A DNA stretch of 64,000 nt from the NCBI GenBank assembly GCA_965226555.1, contig CBDDDG010000001.1, positions 1-64,000 of the forward strand, given 5' to 3'. Shown piece by piece: positions 20,580 through 29,211 of this stretch. The notes beneath the pieces are model-generated. The model worked only from the letters and a program-made list of their open reading frames with translations, made no database searches and had not been told where the DNA came from. Position 1 is the stretch's first letter. Each line of letters opens with the position of its first letter. The stretch comes from Salinispira sp. GTDB lineage: Bacteria; Spirochaetota; Spirochaetia; DSM-27196; Salinispiraceae. The position numbers were made by a program, and so were the translations under genes.

Positions 20580-21808
20580 GGCGTGGTTTTAGTTACAAAC
20601 AGGTATTCTTTATGATTTTTGAAATCGGTATTCCCGGCATTAAAGTGCCGATAATCTTTTTCAAATATTTTTGTTTTCCCCCGTTTGCTCAAAATAGTTT
20701 TAATTTCTTCAAGTGTAATTTTATTCTGCGATGAGTTACTTTTTGAGTCGTACGTGTTGTTGTAAGAAACGATCAGGTATTTTGCGCGTATATGTATCAA
20801 TTCTGCAAATCTGTCTTTTGCGCTCACGCGACAATAATCGCTCATGTTTTCCGGCTCTGGTTTTAGCGCCACTCCGTGCAATTTTGGCTTATCCCATTTT
20901 GTTAGTGTTTCAAGTACATGATAAAATCTGCTGTATTGTCGGGAGTTGTACGGAGGGTCAATGTAAACAATGTCTGTTTTGATGTGCTTTGCAAGTGCAT
21001 TCGCATCTTCTCTGAAAATTAAAACTGTTTTTACTTTGATAGGGTCTATTGGTCGCATAAAAAAATTATCTTCGATGAATTTTTTTTTGAAATATGCGTC
21101 ATAGTGGCCAACAGTATTTGCAATTTTGTCTGTGGAATAAAGTAAGGAGGAAAGGAGCATATTGTACTCCTGCTCTGTTAGGTTTTCTTTGTTTTCTTCT
21201 ATATTCTCTCGCACAAAACCAATAATTTTTGCAGAATTTTTTGAAAAGTATTTTCCGCCAAAATGGAAAGAAAAGTAATTTTCGTCTAAATTTTCTCCGT
21301 TTATGTTGTTGTAATCTTTGATTATGGAATTGATTTTTTTTGGATTCCAGTTTCCGTTTCCGAAAAACGCTTTGTATATTACTTCGTTTGAGAAAAGAAA
21401 ATCGTTCAGAATAATTTCATCAAAATGTTTACTTGCAACAGCAGCAACAACACCTGTTCCCGCAAAAATATCCGTAAATGATTTTCCGTTACATTCTTTG
21501 TCAAGGATTGAAAAAATCCACTCTATTAATTTATATTTATTGCCGATGTAGCGACGATTTTGTAATTGAAAATGATTATTTTTTACCTGCGGAATATGGA
21601 AATAGGTCTCATGGATTTTTTCGGCGCCAACTTCGTAAGCAAGATTCTCAATGCCCACTAAATCAAAAAAGGTTCTTTGAATGCCGTTTGCAACATAATC
21701 AAAATATTTATTTTGATCTGTTAGCTTTTCATAAAAATTGTAGAGTTCCTTTTCTGAAACGATAGAGAAATTAGTAATAGGATTTTCCATTATTTCTCCA
21801 TCTTGCAC
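20576..21808 (-). CDS. D12-class N6-adenine DNA methyltransferase
   Basis: RYIGNKYKL, DIFAGTG, YIDPPYNSRQY; start may be ATG 21790. Confidence 0.92.
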   Translation of the reverse strand: MQDGEIMENPITNFSIVSEKELYNFYEKLTDQNKYFDYVANGIQRTFFDLVGIENLAYEVGAEKIHETYFHIPQVKNNHFQLQNRRYIGNKYKLIEWIFSILDKECNGKSFTDIFAGTGVVAAVASKHFDEIILNDFLFSNEVIYKAFFGNGNWNPKKINSIIKDYNNINGENLDENYFSFHFGGKYFSKNSAKIIGFVRENIEENKENLTEQEYNMLLSSLLYSTDKIANTVGHYDAYFKKKFIEDNFFMRPIDPIKVKTVLIFREDANALAKHIKTDIVYIDPPYNSRQYSRFYHVLETLTKWDKPKLHGVALKPEPENMSDYCRVSAKDRFAELIHIRAKYLIVSYNNTYDSKSNSSQNKITLEEIKTILSKRGKTKIFEKDYRHFNAGNTDFKNHKEYLFVTKTTP

Positions 21809-21968
21809 GACTTTTCGACAAGTTTAATATAATAAACGTGGGCATATTAGTAAAGAAAAATATTTTTTTATAATGGCAGGGTTCTGTTTCTAACGTTCCC
21901 TGCCTCGATTTTTTGAAAATGTTGCTGGATGTGAGTTTCATGAACTGCGCGTGTCTGATATGCTTATG

Positions 21969-22008
21969 GAAACTTTTGCATAGGAAAATTGCGCTTTGCA
22001 AAACTTTC
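21969..22008. repeat. 40-bp derivative of the palindromic MITE
   Basis: GAAACTTTTGCATAGGAAAATTGCGCTTTGCAAAACTTTC; no target duplication. Confidence 0.7.
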
Positions 22009-22028
22009 TTGCGGTTTCGGGGGGCAGC

Positions 22029-22628
22029 GTGCTGTATTATATCTCCGGCGGTCAAAGATCAGGAAAGAGCCGCTATGCGCAGAAGCTCGCGCTTGAGCTG
22101 TCTCCGCGGCCATACTATCTTGCTACTGCCCGAATGTGGGATGACGATTTCAAAAAGCGTATTGAGCGGCATCAGAAAGATCGTGATGAACGATGGGGCA
22201 ATGTCGAAATAGAAAAGGCGATATCATCATTTTCAATGCCGGATGATATCAACAGCGACTCCGACATCAACATTGATTCTGATATCAACATCGACTCCAA
22301 CATCAATACGAAAACCGTGGTTGTACTGGACTGCATAACCCTCTGGATTACCAATTTTTTTACAGATAACAAGGGCGACATTGAAAAAACGCTCGCGGAG
22401 GTGAAGGCTGAGTGGGATCGGTTCGCCGCCTTACCGCTCACTATTATCGCCATAAGTAATGAAATTGGTATGGGACTACATCCTCAAAGTGAAACCGGAT
22501 TGAAGTTTACTGATCTTCAGGGATTTGTAAATCAATATGTTGCAGCTATGGCAGACAGACAGATTTTCATGGTGTCCGGCAGGCCTGTATGTATTTATCC
22601 GATGCAGGAGATGGGCGGGTATGAGTAA
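22029..22628 (+). CDS. cobU: Adenosylcobinamide kinase / cobinamide-phosphate guanylyltransferase
   Basis: GGQRSGKS, YLATA, RIERHQKDR, LDCITLW, SNEIGMG; GTG start likely. Confidence 0.93.
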   Translation: MLYYISGGQRSGKSRYAQKLALELSPRPYYLATARMWDDDFKKRIERHQKDRDERWGNVEIEKAISSFSMPDDINSDSDINIDSDINIDSNINTKTVVVLDCITLWITNFFTDNKGDIEKTLAEVKAEWDRFAALPLTIIAISNEIGMGLHPQSETGLKFTDLQGFVNQYVAAMADRQIFMVSGRPVCIYPMQEMGGYE

Positions 22629-23706
22629 CGATCTTGAAGAGAGAATTCGGCAGAGAATTAACAGCAGAACCAAGCCCCTGGGTTCGCTCGGAAAACTGGA
22701 AGATATTGCCGCGCGCATTGCGCTCATGCAGAATAGTCTGAATCCGCAGCTCTCGAAACCCGCCATGCTGGTATTTGCCGCTGATCATGGCATTGCCGCT
22801 TCGGGGGTCAGTCCATATCCGCAGGATGTTACCTGGCAGATGGTTATGAATTTTCTTTCAGGGGGAGCTGCCATTAATGTATTCTGTAAGCAGCATAATA
22901 TTGATTTCAAGATTATTGATGCCGGGGTAAATTATCGTTTTCCGCCGGATGTGATTCTGGGCGCTGGTGGGGGCGCGGGCGCTGAAACTGGCGGGAGCGC
23001 GGGCGCGGATCAGGGGGTTCGGCTTATTGACCGGAAAATTGCTTATGGTACTCGAAATTTTCTGTTGGAGCCGGCCATGAGCGGCGGGGAACGGGAGCGA
23101 GCGCTGAAAATCGGCGCGGAGCTGGCGGCACAGGAGTATAATGCGGGGTGCAATGTCATCGCCATGGGAGACATGGGAATTGGAAACAGTACATCGGCAG
23201 CCATGCTCATGAGTGAATTTTGCGGAATAGATGTTGAAAATTGTGTCGGGAGGGGCGCCGGGCTCGACGATGCCGGGGTTCGGCATAAGAAAGAAATTCT
23301 CACACAGCATGTGAGGGCGCGCGCATCGGCGCCGCGGGGAGCCCTCGAGATTCTTGCTCGTTACGGCGGGTTTGAAATTGCAATGATCTGCGGTGCCATG
23401 ATTGAGGCAGCACGGAAGAAAATGATCATACTTGTAGATGGATTCATTGCAACCGCGGCTAATATCGCTGCTGCTGAGCTCTCGCAGAATGTGCGGGCAC
23501 ATTCCATATATACTCATCGGAGCGGCGAACAGGGGCACGCGGAAATGCTCCGCTACCTTGGGGCAGAGGCGATTCTGGACATTGGTATGAGGTTGGGCGA
23601 GGGCAGCGGAGCTGCTGTGGCTTACCCGATCATTCAGAGCGCTGTTTTGTTTTTTAATGAAATGGCGGGCTTCGATACTGCCGGAGTATCTGCATCTTCG
23701 CTATGA
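22621..23706 (+). CDS. cobT: Nicotinate-nucleotide dimethylbenzimidazole phosphoribosyltransferase
   Basis: TKPLGSLGKLE, FAADHG, GGAAIN, MGIGNST, GGFEIA, VDGFIAT, MRLGEGSGA. Confidence 0.96.
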   Translation: MSNDLEERIRQRINSRTKPLGSLGKLEDIAARIALMQNSLNPQLSKPAMLVFAADHGIAASGVSPYPQDVTWQMVMNFLSGGAAINVFCKQHNIDFKIIDAGVNYRFPPDVILGAGGGAGAETGGSAGADQGVRLIDRKIAYGTRNFLLEPAMSGGERERALKIGAELAAQEYNAGCNVIAMGDMGIGNSTSAAMLMSEFCGIDVENCVGRGAGLDDAGVRHKKEILTQHVRARASAPRGALEILARYGGFEIAMICGAMIEAARKKMIILVDGFIATAANIAAAELSQNVRAHSIYTHRSGEQGHAEMLRYLGAEAILDIGMRLGEGSGAAVAYPIIQSAVLFFNEMAGFDTAGVSASSL

Positions 23707-24515
23707 TATTCAGGAAATTTCTTTCGGCACTCATGTTTTATACTCGTATACCGGTTCCGCATTCCTGCTGTGATCTGAGTGCGGCCGAAACCGCGCCCTT
23801 TCTTCCCCTTATTGGTTTTTTAGTTGGGGGAATAAGTGCCGGAGTCTGGTTTGCGGCTGCATTATTTTTGCCTCATTCTGTTGCTGTTGTCATGTCGATG
23901 ATTGTATCTGTTTTGTTGACCGGCGCCTTTCACGAAGATGGATTCGCAGATAGTTGCGATGGAATATATGGCGGATTCACTGTTCACGACCGGCTCAGAA
24001 TTATGAAGGACAGCCGTGTCGGAGCCTATGCGCTCGTTGGCACGGTGTTGCTCATTCTCCTGAAATATGCCCTTCTGCGTGAAATTCCTGTAAGCATTTT
24101 TCCCGTTGCCGTAATTATGGCTCAGGTACTGAGCCGGCTTGTTCCGGTGTACCTGATGCGTATTCTTCGCTATGTGCGGGAAGATGGAACAAGTAAAATC
24201 AATGCTGAAATCGCTCCCGGAACTGAGCCCGTGGACGAAGCCGTGGACGGAGCAGGGATCGGAAAGGTCAGCCTTCCGGGAATTGTGGGCGCTACCCTGT
24301 TTTCCACGGTGCTTATTGCTGTTCTGAGCTATGTAAGCAATTCGTGGTACCTGTTGTATGTACTTATTGTTGTGCCGGTATCGACCGCGCTCAGCGCACT
24401 CTATTTTTACCGCAAGCTGGGCGGATACACCGGCGATATTCTGGGGGCGAGCCAGCAGCTTGCGGAAGCAGGTGTACTTGCTGCATTGTTAGTGTTATGG
24501 CGATATTTGCCGTAA
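23703..24515 (+). CDS. cobS: Adenosylcobinamide-GDP ribazoletransferase
   Basis: FYTRIP, TGAFHEDGFADSCDG, IMKDSRVG, GGYTGDILGA. Confidence 0.96.
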   Translation: MIFRKFLSALMFYTRIPVPHSCCDLSAAETAPFLPLIGFLVGGISAGVWFAAALFLPHSVAVVMSMIVSVLLTGAFHEDGFADSCDGIYGGFTVHDRLRIMKDSRVGAYALVGTVLLILLKYALLREIPVSIFPVAVIMAQVLSRLVPVYLMRILRYVREDGTSKINAEIAPGTEPVDEAVDGAGIGKVSLPGIVGATLFSTVLIAVLSYVSNSWYLLYVLIVVPVSTALSALYFYRKLGGYTGDILGASQQLAEAGVLAALLVLWRYLP

Positions 24516-25051
24516 GACATCCTGAAGCGGATATTCTGGAAAATATCTGCTACGGTCATTCCGATCCCGAACCGGGTTCCGGGTGGCAGGAGAGAATACA
24601 ACTGTTTGCTGGAATACTCGGCAGAGAGAACAGTAAAATTGATGTAATTATCTCAAGCCCGCTTCGCCGTTGTAAAATAGCTGCTGAGTATCTCGCTGGT
24701 TTGCTGAATATTCGTCTCATTATTGATGATCGCCTAATGGAGATAAATTTTGGCGAGTGGGAGGGGAGAAACTACACGGAGCTCTGGGAAAAAGAAGAGA
24801 GGTACCGCATCTGGATGAACAATTGGAAGACCGCTGCCTGCCCGGGTGGGGAATCTCTGCCCATGCTGACAGATCGGCTTCGGGGTTTTCTGCGCTCCCC
24901 GAGCGCCCCGTATTCCCTACATGAAAACGGCGTTTTACTATTCACGCATGCGGGAGTTATTCGGATACTATATCATCTGCTTGGAAGTATGGATCTGGAC
25001 GAAATTTTCCGGCAACCGGTAGATCATCTGGCGCTGTACCGCCTGCGCTGA
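24497..25051 (+). CDS. cobC: Alpha-ribazole phosphatase-like histidine phosphatase
   Basis: VRHP, CYG.SD, SSPLRRC, EINFGEWEG, FTHAGVIR; last gene of the cob cluster. Confidence 0.8.
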   Translation: MAIFAVRHPEADILENICYGHSDPEPGSGWQERIQLFAGILGRENSKIDVIISSPLRRCKIAAEYLAGLLNIRLIIDDRLMEINFGEWEGRNYTELWEKEERYRIWMNNWKTAACPGGESLPMLTDRLRGFLRSPSAPYSLHENGVLLFTHAGVIRILYHLLGSMDLDEIFRQPVDHLALYRLR

Positions 25052-25082
25052 CCAATTATCTGTTGACTGATCATCGACATGA

Positions 25083-25691
25083 TTATTCATTTTCTGTGAG
25101 GGAGGACTGCATGGAGGACTTCATAATTGTGTGAATTTTTCGGGCGGTGTTCACGTTGCGAATGGTCATTTTTTTGTAGAGACTGCGGGAGAGATTTCCT
25201 GAGGCGAGTTTCATGAGGGCGCTCCGTGTCGTGTCCCTTCGGGCGCATGACCAGAGCAGGGTGCCGGGCACATAGATGGCAGTATCAATTCCCTCGCGGG
25301 GCAGTATTTCAGACAGAATGCTTTCGTTGTCAATTTCATTCCAGAGAAAGAGAATGTCGCTCTTCATGGTCTTGTCGTTCTGCCAGTGGGAAGGAATGGC
25401 ATTGATGACCGCCTGTATTTCAGGAAAGCTCCGTATAAGAACCCGAATGTTCAGCCGGAAGTCCTGCAAAATGGCATCTTCCAGAATGCGGGCTACATCG
25501 GTCTGGTTTGCTTCCTGCCGGGAGAAGATGATGTTGCCCGAATTGATATAGGTCTCCACCGCGCGCATGCCCACCCGCTCAAAACTCATTTTGAGCAGCT
25601 TCATATCAATTTTGTTCCTGCCCCCGACATTAATACCGCGCAGGAGCGCAACATACACCATCCGTCTCACCTCCATTACTTGCCGCATCAA
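25083..25691 (-). CDS. DUF1697 family protein
   Basis: YVALLRGINVGG.NK, TYINSGN, TIRNVNT. Confidence 0.88.
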   Translation of the reverse strand: MMRQVMEVRRMVYVALLRGINVGGRNKIDMKLLKMSFERVGMRAVETYINSGNIIFSRQEANQTDVARILEDAILQDFRLNIRVLIRSFPEIQAVINAIPSHWQNDKTMKSDILFLWNEIDNESILSEILPREGIDTAIYVPGTLLWSCARRDTTRSALMKLASGNLSRSLYKKMTIRNVNTARKIHTIMKSSMQSSLTENE

Positions 25692-25766
25692 TCGCGCACC
25701 CGCGCCCGAAAATCAATCCCGCGCCCGAAAATCGCTCCCGCGCCTGCCAATGGCAGGCGGAGGGGA

Positions 25767-27668
25767 TCACTCTGACAGGGCAGAATTCATAATTCGATTA
25801 AGACGCTGAACAAAATTCGACGGGTCTTTGAGTTGAACTCCTTCAATAAGCAGGGCCTGGTCAAGTAAAAGAATGGAAATGTCATCTATGACCCTGTCAT
25901 CATCAATATTCTTAAGCTTCTTCACAATATCATGGTCAGGATTAATTTCAAGAATGGGTTTGATTTCCGGCAGATCAGCACCCCGATCCATAGATTTCAT
26001 CATTGCCTGCATTTGAAAGGATGGATCGCTTTCATCGACAACAATACAGCTTGGACTGTCGGCAAGACGTACGGAAACCCGTACATCTTTCACCTGCTCG
26101 CTGAGAGCCTTTTTTATTTTTTCAACGACAGGTTTTGTGTCCTTTTCTTTTTTCTTGTCGGCTTTTTCATTAAGATCACTTCCTGCGTCCGAACGATTAA
26201 CAGCCTTGAATTCAATGTCCTTATATTTCATGAGATTGGGAATAACAATTTCATCAATATCATCATCCATAATAAGGACTTCAATATTCTTCTTTTTGTA
26301 TGCTTCGAGAAGGGGCGAATTGCGGAGAATGGGTTCCTTATCTCCGGTAATGTAGTACATTGCCTTCTGATCGGGGAGCATACGGTCCTTATATTCCGCA
26401 AAACTGGTAAATCCATCGGCCCTGGTCGATTTGAAACGCACAAGTTCCATGAGATCATCACGGTGAGTAAAATCGGTATAGAGTCCTTCTTTCAGGGGGC
26501 GGTTATATTGCGTAATGAATTTTAGGTATGTATCGGGATCTTCAAGCGCAATGCGTTTAAACTCGCCGAGGAGCTTGTTTACCGAGGAATTTCGGATGTT
26601 GAGCATTATTTTGTTTTGCTGAAGAATTTCCCTGCTCACATTAAGGGGCAGGTCCTCACTGTCAATAATTCCTCTCAGAAAGCGGAGCCAAGTCGGCATG
26701 AGTTCCTTGTCGTCATCGGTAATAAAAACACGGCTTATATAAAGTTTTACTCCGGGCTGATAATCGGCATAATTCATATCTATGGGTGCCGTTGCGGGAA
26801 CATAAAAGAGGGTTGTGTATTCAAGTGTTCCTTCGGCCTGGGTATGGAGCCAAAAAAGCGGGGCATCGGTCTCACGGGAAATATTTGTGTAAAATTCTTT
26901 GTAGTCTTCGTCACTTATTTCTGCTTTGCTTCTTTTCCAAATGGCGCTCGCAGAGTTTATTTGCTCGGTAACCTGCTCTTTTTTCTTTCCCTTTTTCTTT
27001 TCATCGGCATCATGGTTGATTTTTTCATAGGTCAGAAAAATGGGGAAGGCAATATGATCGGAATATTTTTTTATAATATCCTGAATTTTCCAATGGCTGG
27101 CATATTCTTTACCGCTGTCATTTAAGTGAACCACGATGCGTGTTCCCTGTTCGGGCGGGCCGGCAGGATCATCGCCGGAAAGTTCTGAAATAGTAAATGT
27201 ACCTTTGCCATCGCTCATCCACTTGAAGAGCTTTTCAGTTCCGGCTTTTCGGGAATAGACATCAATATGATCAGCAACCATGAAGGCAGCGTAAAAACCT
27301 ACACCAAATTGTCCGATCAAATTACTGTCATGTGCCGTAGTTTTTTCGAATTTACTGATGAATGCCTTTGTGCCCGATTGAGCAATTGTTCCCAAATGCT
27401 CTTCCATGTCCTTATTGTCCATGCCGATTCCGTTATCGGTAATAATAAATTTCGGCCGTTCTCCTTCAGTGAACTCAACGAAAATGCTCGGATCAAAACT
27501 CAGCGATTTGAACTTGTCATCGGTGAGGGTCAGATATTTCAGTTTGTCGAGAGCATCTGAACTATTGGAAATTAATTCTCGAATGAAAATTTCCTTATGT
27601 GAATAAATGGAATGGGTGATGAGATGTAATAGTTTTTCAACATCTGCTTGGAACTGATGTGTTGCCAT
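25767..27668 (-). CDS. htpG: Chaperone HtpG (Hsp90)
   Basis: YSHKEIFIRELISNSSDA, DNGIGM, IGQFGVGFY, DLPLNVSRE, LEINPDH. Confidence 0.98.
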   Translation of the reverse strand: MATHQFQADVEKLLHLITHSIYSHKEIFIRELISNSSDALDKLKYLTLTDDKFKSLSFDPSIFVEFTEGERPKFIITDNGIGMDNKDMEEHLGTIAQSGTKAFISKFEKTTAHDSNLIGQFGVGFYAAFMVADHIDVYSRKAGTEKLFKWMSDGKGTFTISELSGDDPAGPPEQGTRIVVHLNDSGKEYASHWKIQDIIKKYSDHIAFPIFLTYEKINHDADEKKKGKKKEQVTEQINSASAIWKRSKAEISDEDYKEFYTNISRETDAPLFWLHTQAEGTLEYTTLFYVPATAPIDMNYADYQPGVKLYISRVFITDDDKELMPTWLRFLRGIIDSEDLPLNVSREILQQNKIMLNIRNSSVNKLLGEFKRIALEDPDTYLKFITQYNRPLKEGLYTDFTHRDDLMELVRFKSTRADGFTSFAEYKDRMLPDQKAMYYITGDKEPILRNSPLLEAYKKKNIEVLIMDDDIDEIVIPNLMKYKDIEFKAVNRSDAGSDLNEKADKKKEKDTKPVVEKIKKALSEQVKDVRVSVRLADSPSCIVVDESDPSFQMQAMMKSMDRGADLPEIKPILEINPDHDIVKKLKNIDDDRVIDDISILLLDQALLIEGVQLKDPSNFVQRLNRIMNSALSE

Positions 27669-27823
27669 GAGAACTCCTTAAAAAAGTGTTGGAATTGTGT
27701 CTAAATATAATGAAAAAACCAGGTTTTGCCAAATGTTGCCCGTTTAAAAGTTCATAAAAGTTCCCGAGGGCTGGTCGGATGCGCAGGCCTCCGATCAGCC
27801 CGGACGCAATGAGCGGCTGTGTA

Positions 27824-28015
27824 TTATGCTCTGCCGTTTTTCTGAAATGCTCGAATTTCATCCTCACTGAGCTTGGTGTACTTACGAATACGGTCTATCG
27901 ACAGACCATCCTTAAGCATATTGAGTACATACTCACGCTGGAGCTCAGCTTGCCCCTGCTCAAGTCCCTGCTCAACACCTGCCCGCCATGGGTCATCTAA
28001 AAGATCTACCAACAT
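27824..28015 (-). CDS. Putative intragenic small antitoxin (RpnS-type)
   Basis: In-frame GAGGAGG-taaaacgt-ATG inside the rpn gene. Confidence 0.6.
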   Translation of the reverse strand: MLVDLLDDPWRAGVEQGLEQGQAELQREYVLNMLKDGLSIDRIRKYTKLSEDEIRAFQKNGRA

Positions 28016-28759
28016 ACGTTTTACCTCCTCAGGATGTTCCTCAAATAGTTTCTTTACCTCATTCTCAGTTATTTTACCATCAAACCTTCTGACTATCCAA
28101 CCATAAAATCGCTCCTTCTTTTCGGGACTCTCATTCTGTATCATATCTTTGAGTATGGCGATTGTTTCTTCTGTGTATTCTTCTATTGTTCCAAGATTTT
28201 CGATATACATTATTGCCGAAATGACCCCGCCTGCGGCGATGAGTTCATCGTTAGTGAAAGTATCAATATTGATCTGATAATATGGGGATATTCGACTGCC
28301 TGTGTGCGGCAATGCCCGAAAATTGAGCGTACGCGGGTCAGAATGTGTCATTGGCGGACTGTGCCGGGTGTATATGACAAGGGTAATGATCAGGTAGTCG
28401 GTTTTCTCATTTTCAGATTGTGGGATATCTTCGGATAAATGCTGGGCATAGTTGTATATTCTCCCCGGCATGTTGCTATCCACAGTCGACTGAAGCTCAA
28501 TGAGGAAGTAGACATTGAGTAATTTCTGCGCGCTATCTGTGAAAGCGCATGTGGTTTTGTAGATGATGTCGGAGACTGAACGTTTGGGTTCATTTTTGTG
28601 AATATGCTCTGTGTCGATACGCTCTATGCTCCCGGGAACAATGCTCTGTGCGAGGTCTTTGTTGAAGTATGAATGTATGAAATCCCGGAATATCTGAGGA
28701 TTCCTGAAAGCATATTTCCAGCTTTGATCGTGTACCATACCGATATGATTGTTTCCCAT
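27824..28759 (-). CDS. Rpn/YhgA-like PD-(D/E)XK nuclease (Transposase_31)
   Basis: HDQSWK, SDIIY, LIELQS, MPGRIYNY and C-terminal GVEQGLEQG...NMLKDGLSIDRIRKYTKLSEDEI. Confidence 0.88.
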   Translation of the reverse strand: MGNNHIGMVHDQSWKYAFRNPQIFRDFIHSYFNKDLAQSIVPGSIERIDTEHIHKNEPKRSVSDIIYKTTCAFTDSAQKLLNVYFLIELQSTVDSNMPGRIYNYAQHLSEDIPQSENEKTDYLIITLVIYTRHSPPMTHSDPRTLNFRALPHTGSRISPYYQINIDTFTNDELIAAGGVISAIMYIENLGTIEEYTEETIAILKDMIQNESPEKKERFYGWIVRRFDGKITENEVKKLFEEHPEEVKRMLVDLLDDPWRAGVEQGLEQGQAELQREYVLNMLKDGLSIDRIRKYTKLSEDEIRAFQKNGRA

Positions 28760-28840
28760 ACCACATAAACGGGATATGTGCGCATGGTGAATGATGTAAT
28801 GAGAAAATTTTGTAAAAAGTTTTATTATTTTGGGATATTA

Positions 28841-29120
28841 CAAAGTTTTGCTACTGAAAATTTTGCTCTGCAAAATTTTCAAATAAGGATTCTCTCATCA
28901 CAGAAAATTGTGCTCTGCACAATTTTCCAATAAGGATTCTCTCATCACAGGAAATTGTGCTCTGCACAATTTTCCAATAAGGATTCTCTCATCCATATTC
29001 TTGATTCTCTCAAGGTATAGAAAGTTTTGCCACAGGCAAAACTTTGTTATATTCTTGATTCTCTCAAGGTATAGAAACTTTCTATGAAATAGGAGAATGC
29101 TAAGCACAAAGACAGCATTT
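28841..29120. repeat. Composite palindromic repeat array
   Basis: Three 47-bp tandem units (28856, 28903, 28950) each with the hairpin GAAAATTGTGC TCT GCACAATTTTC; two copies of ATATTCTTGATTCTCTCAAGGTATAGAAA; module C at 29020-29046; inverted module B at about 29085-29120. Confidence 0.9.
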
Positions 29121-29211
29121 CAAATGAGATATTAACCTGATCCCGGCTGCATGGCGAGCAGGCGCGGAGCGCCGACCAGCCCCGCGCCTGCCTGAGTTGG
29201 AGCGTACCTTC

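Noticed and set aside
21810..22028. Cobalamin riboswitch upstream of cobU
   Set aside because: No B12-box or conserved core recognised.
28856..28993. CRISPR array
   Set aside because: The linkers between hairpins are identical rather than unique spacers, and no cas genes are in the window.
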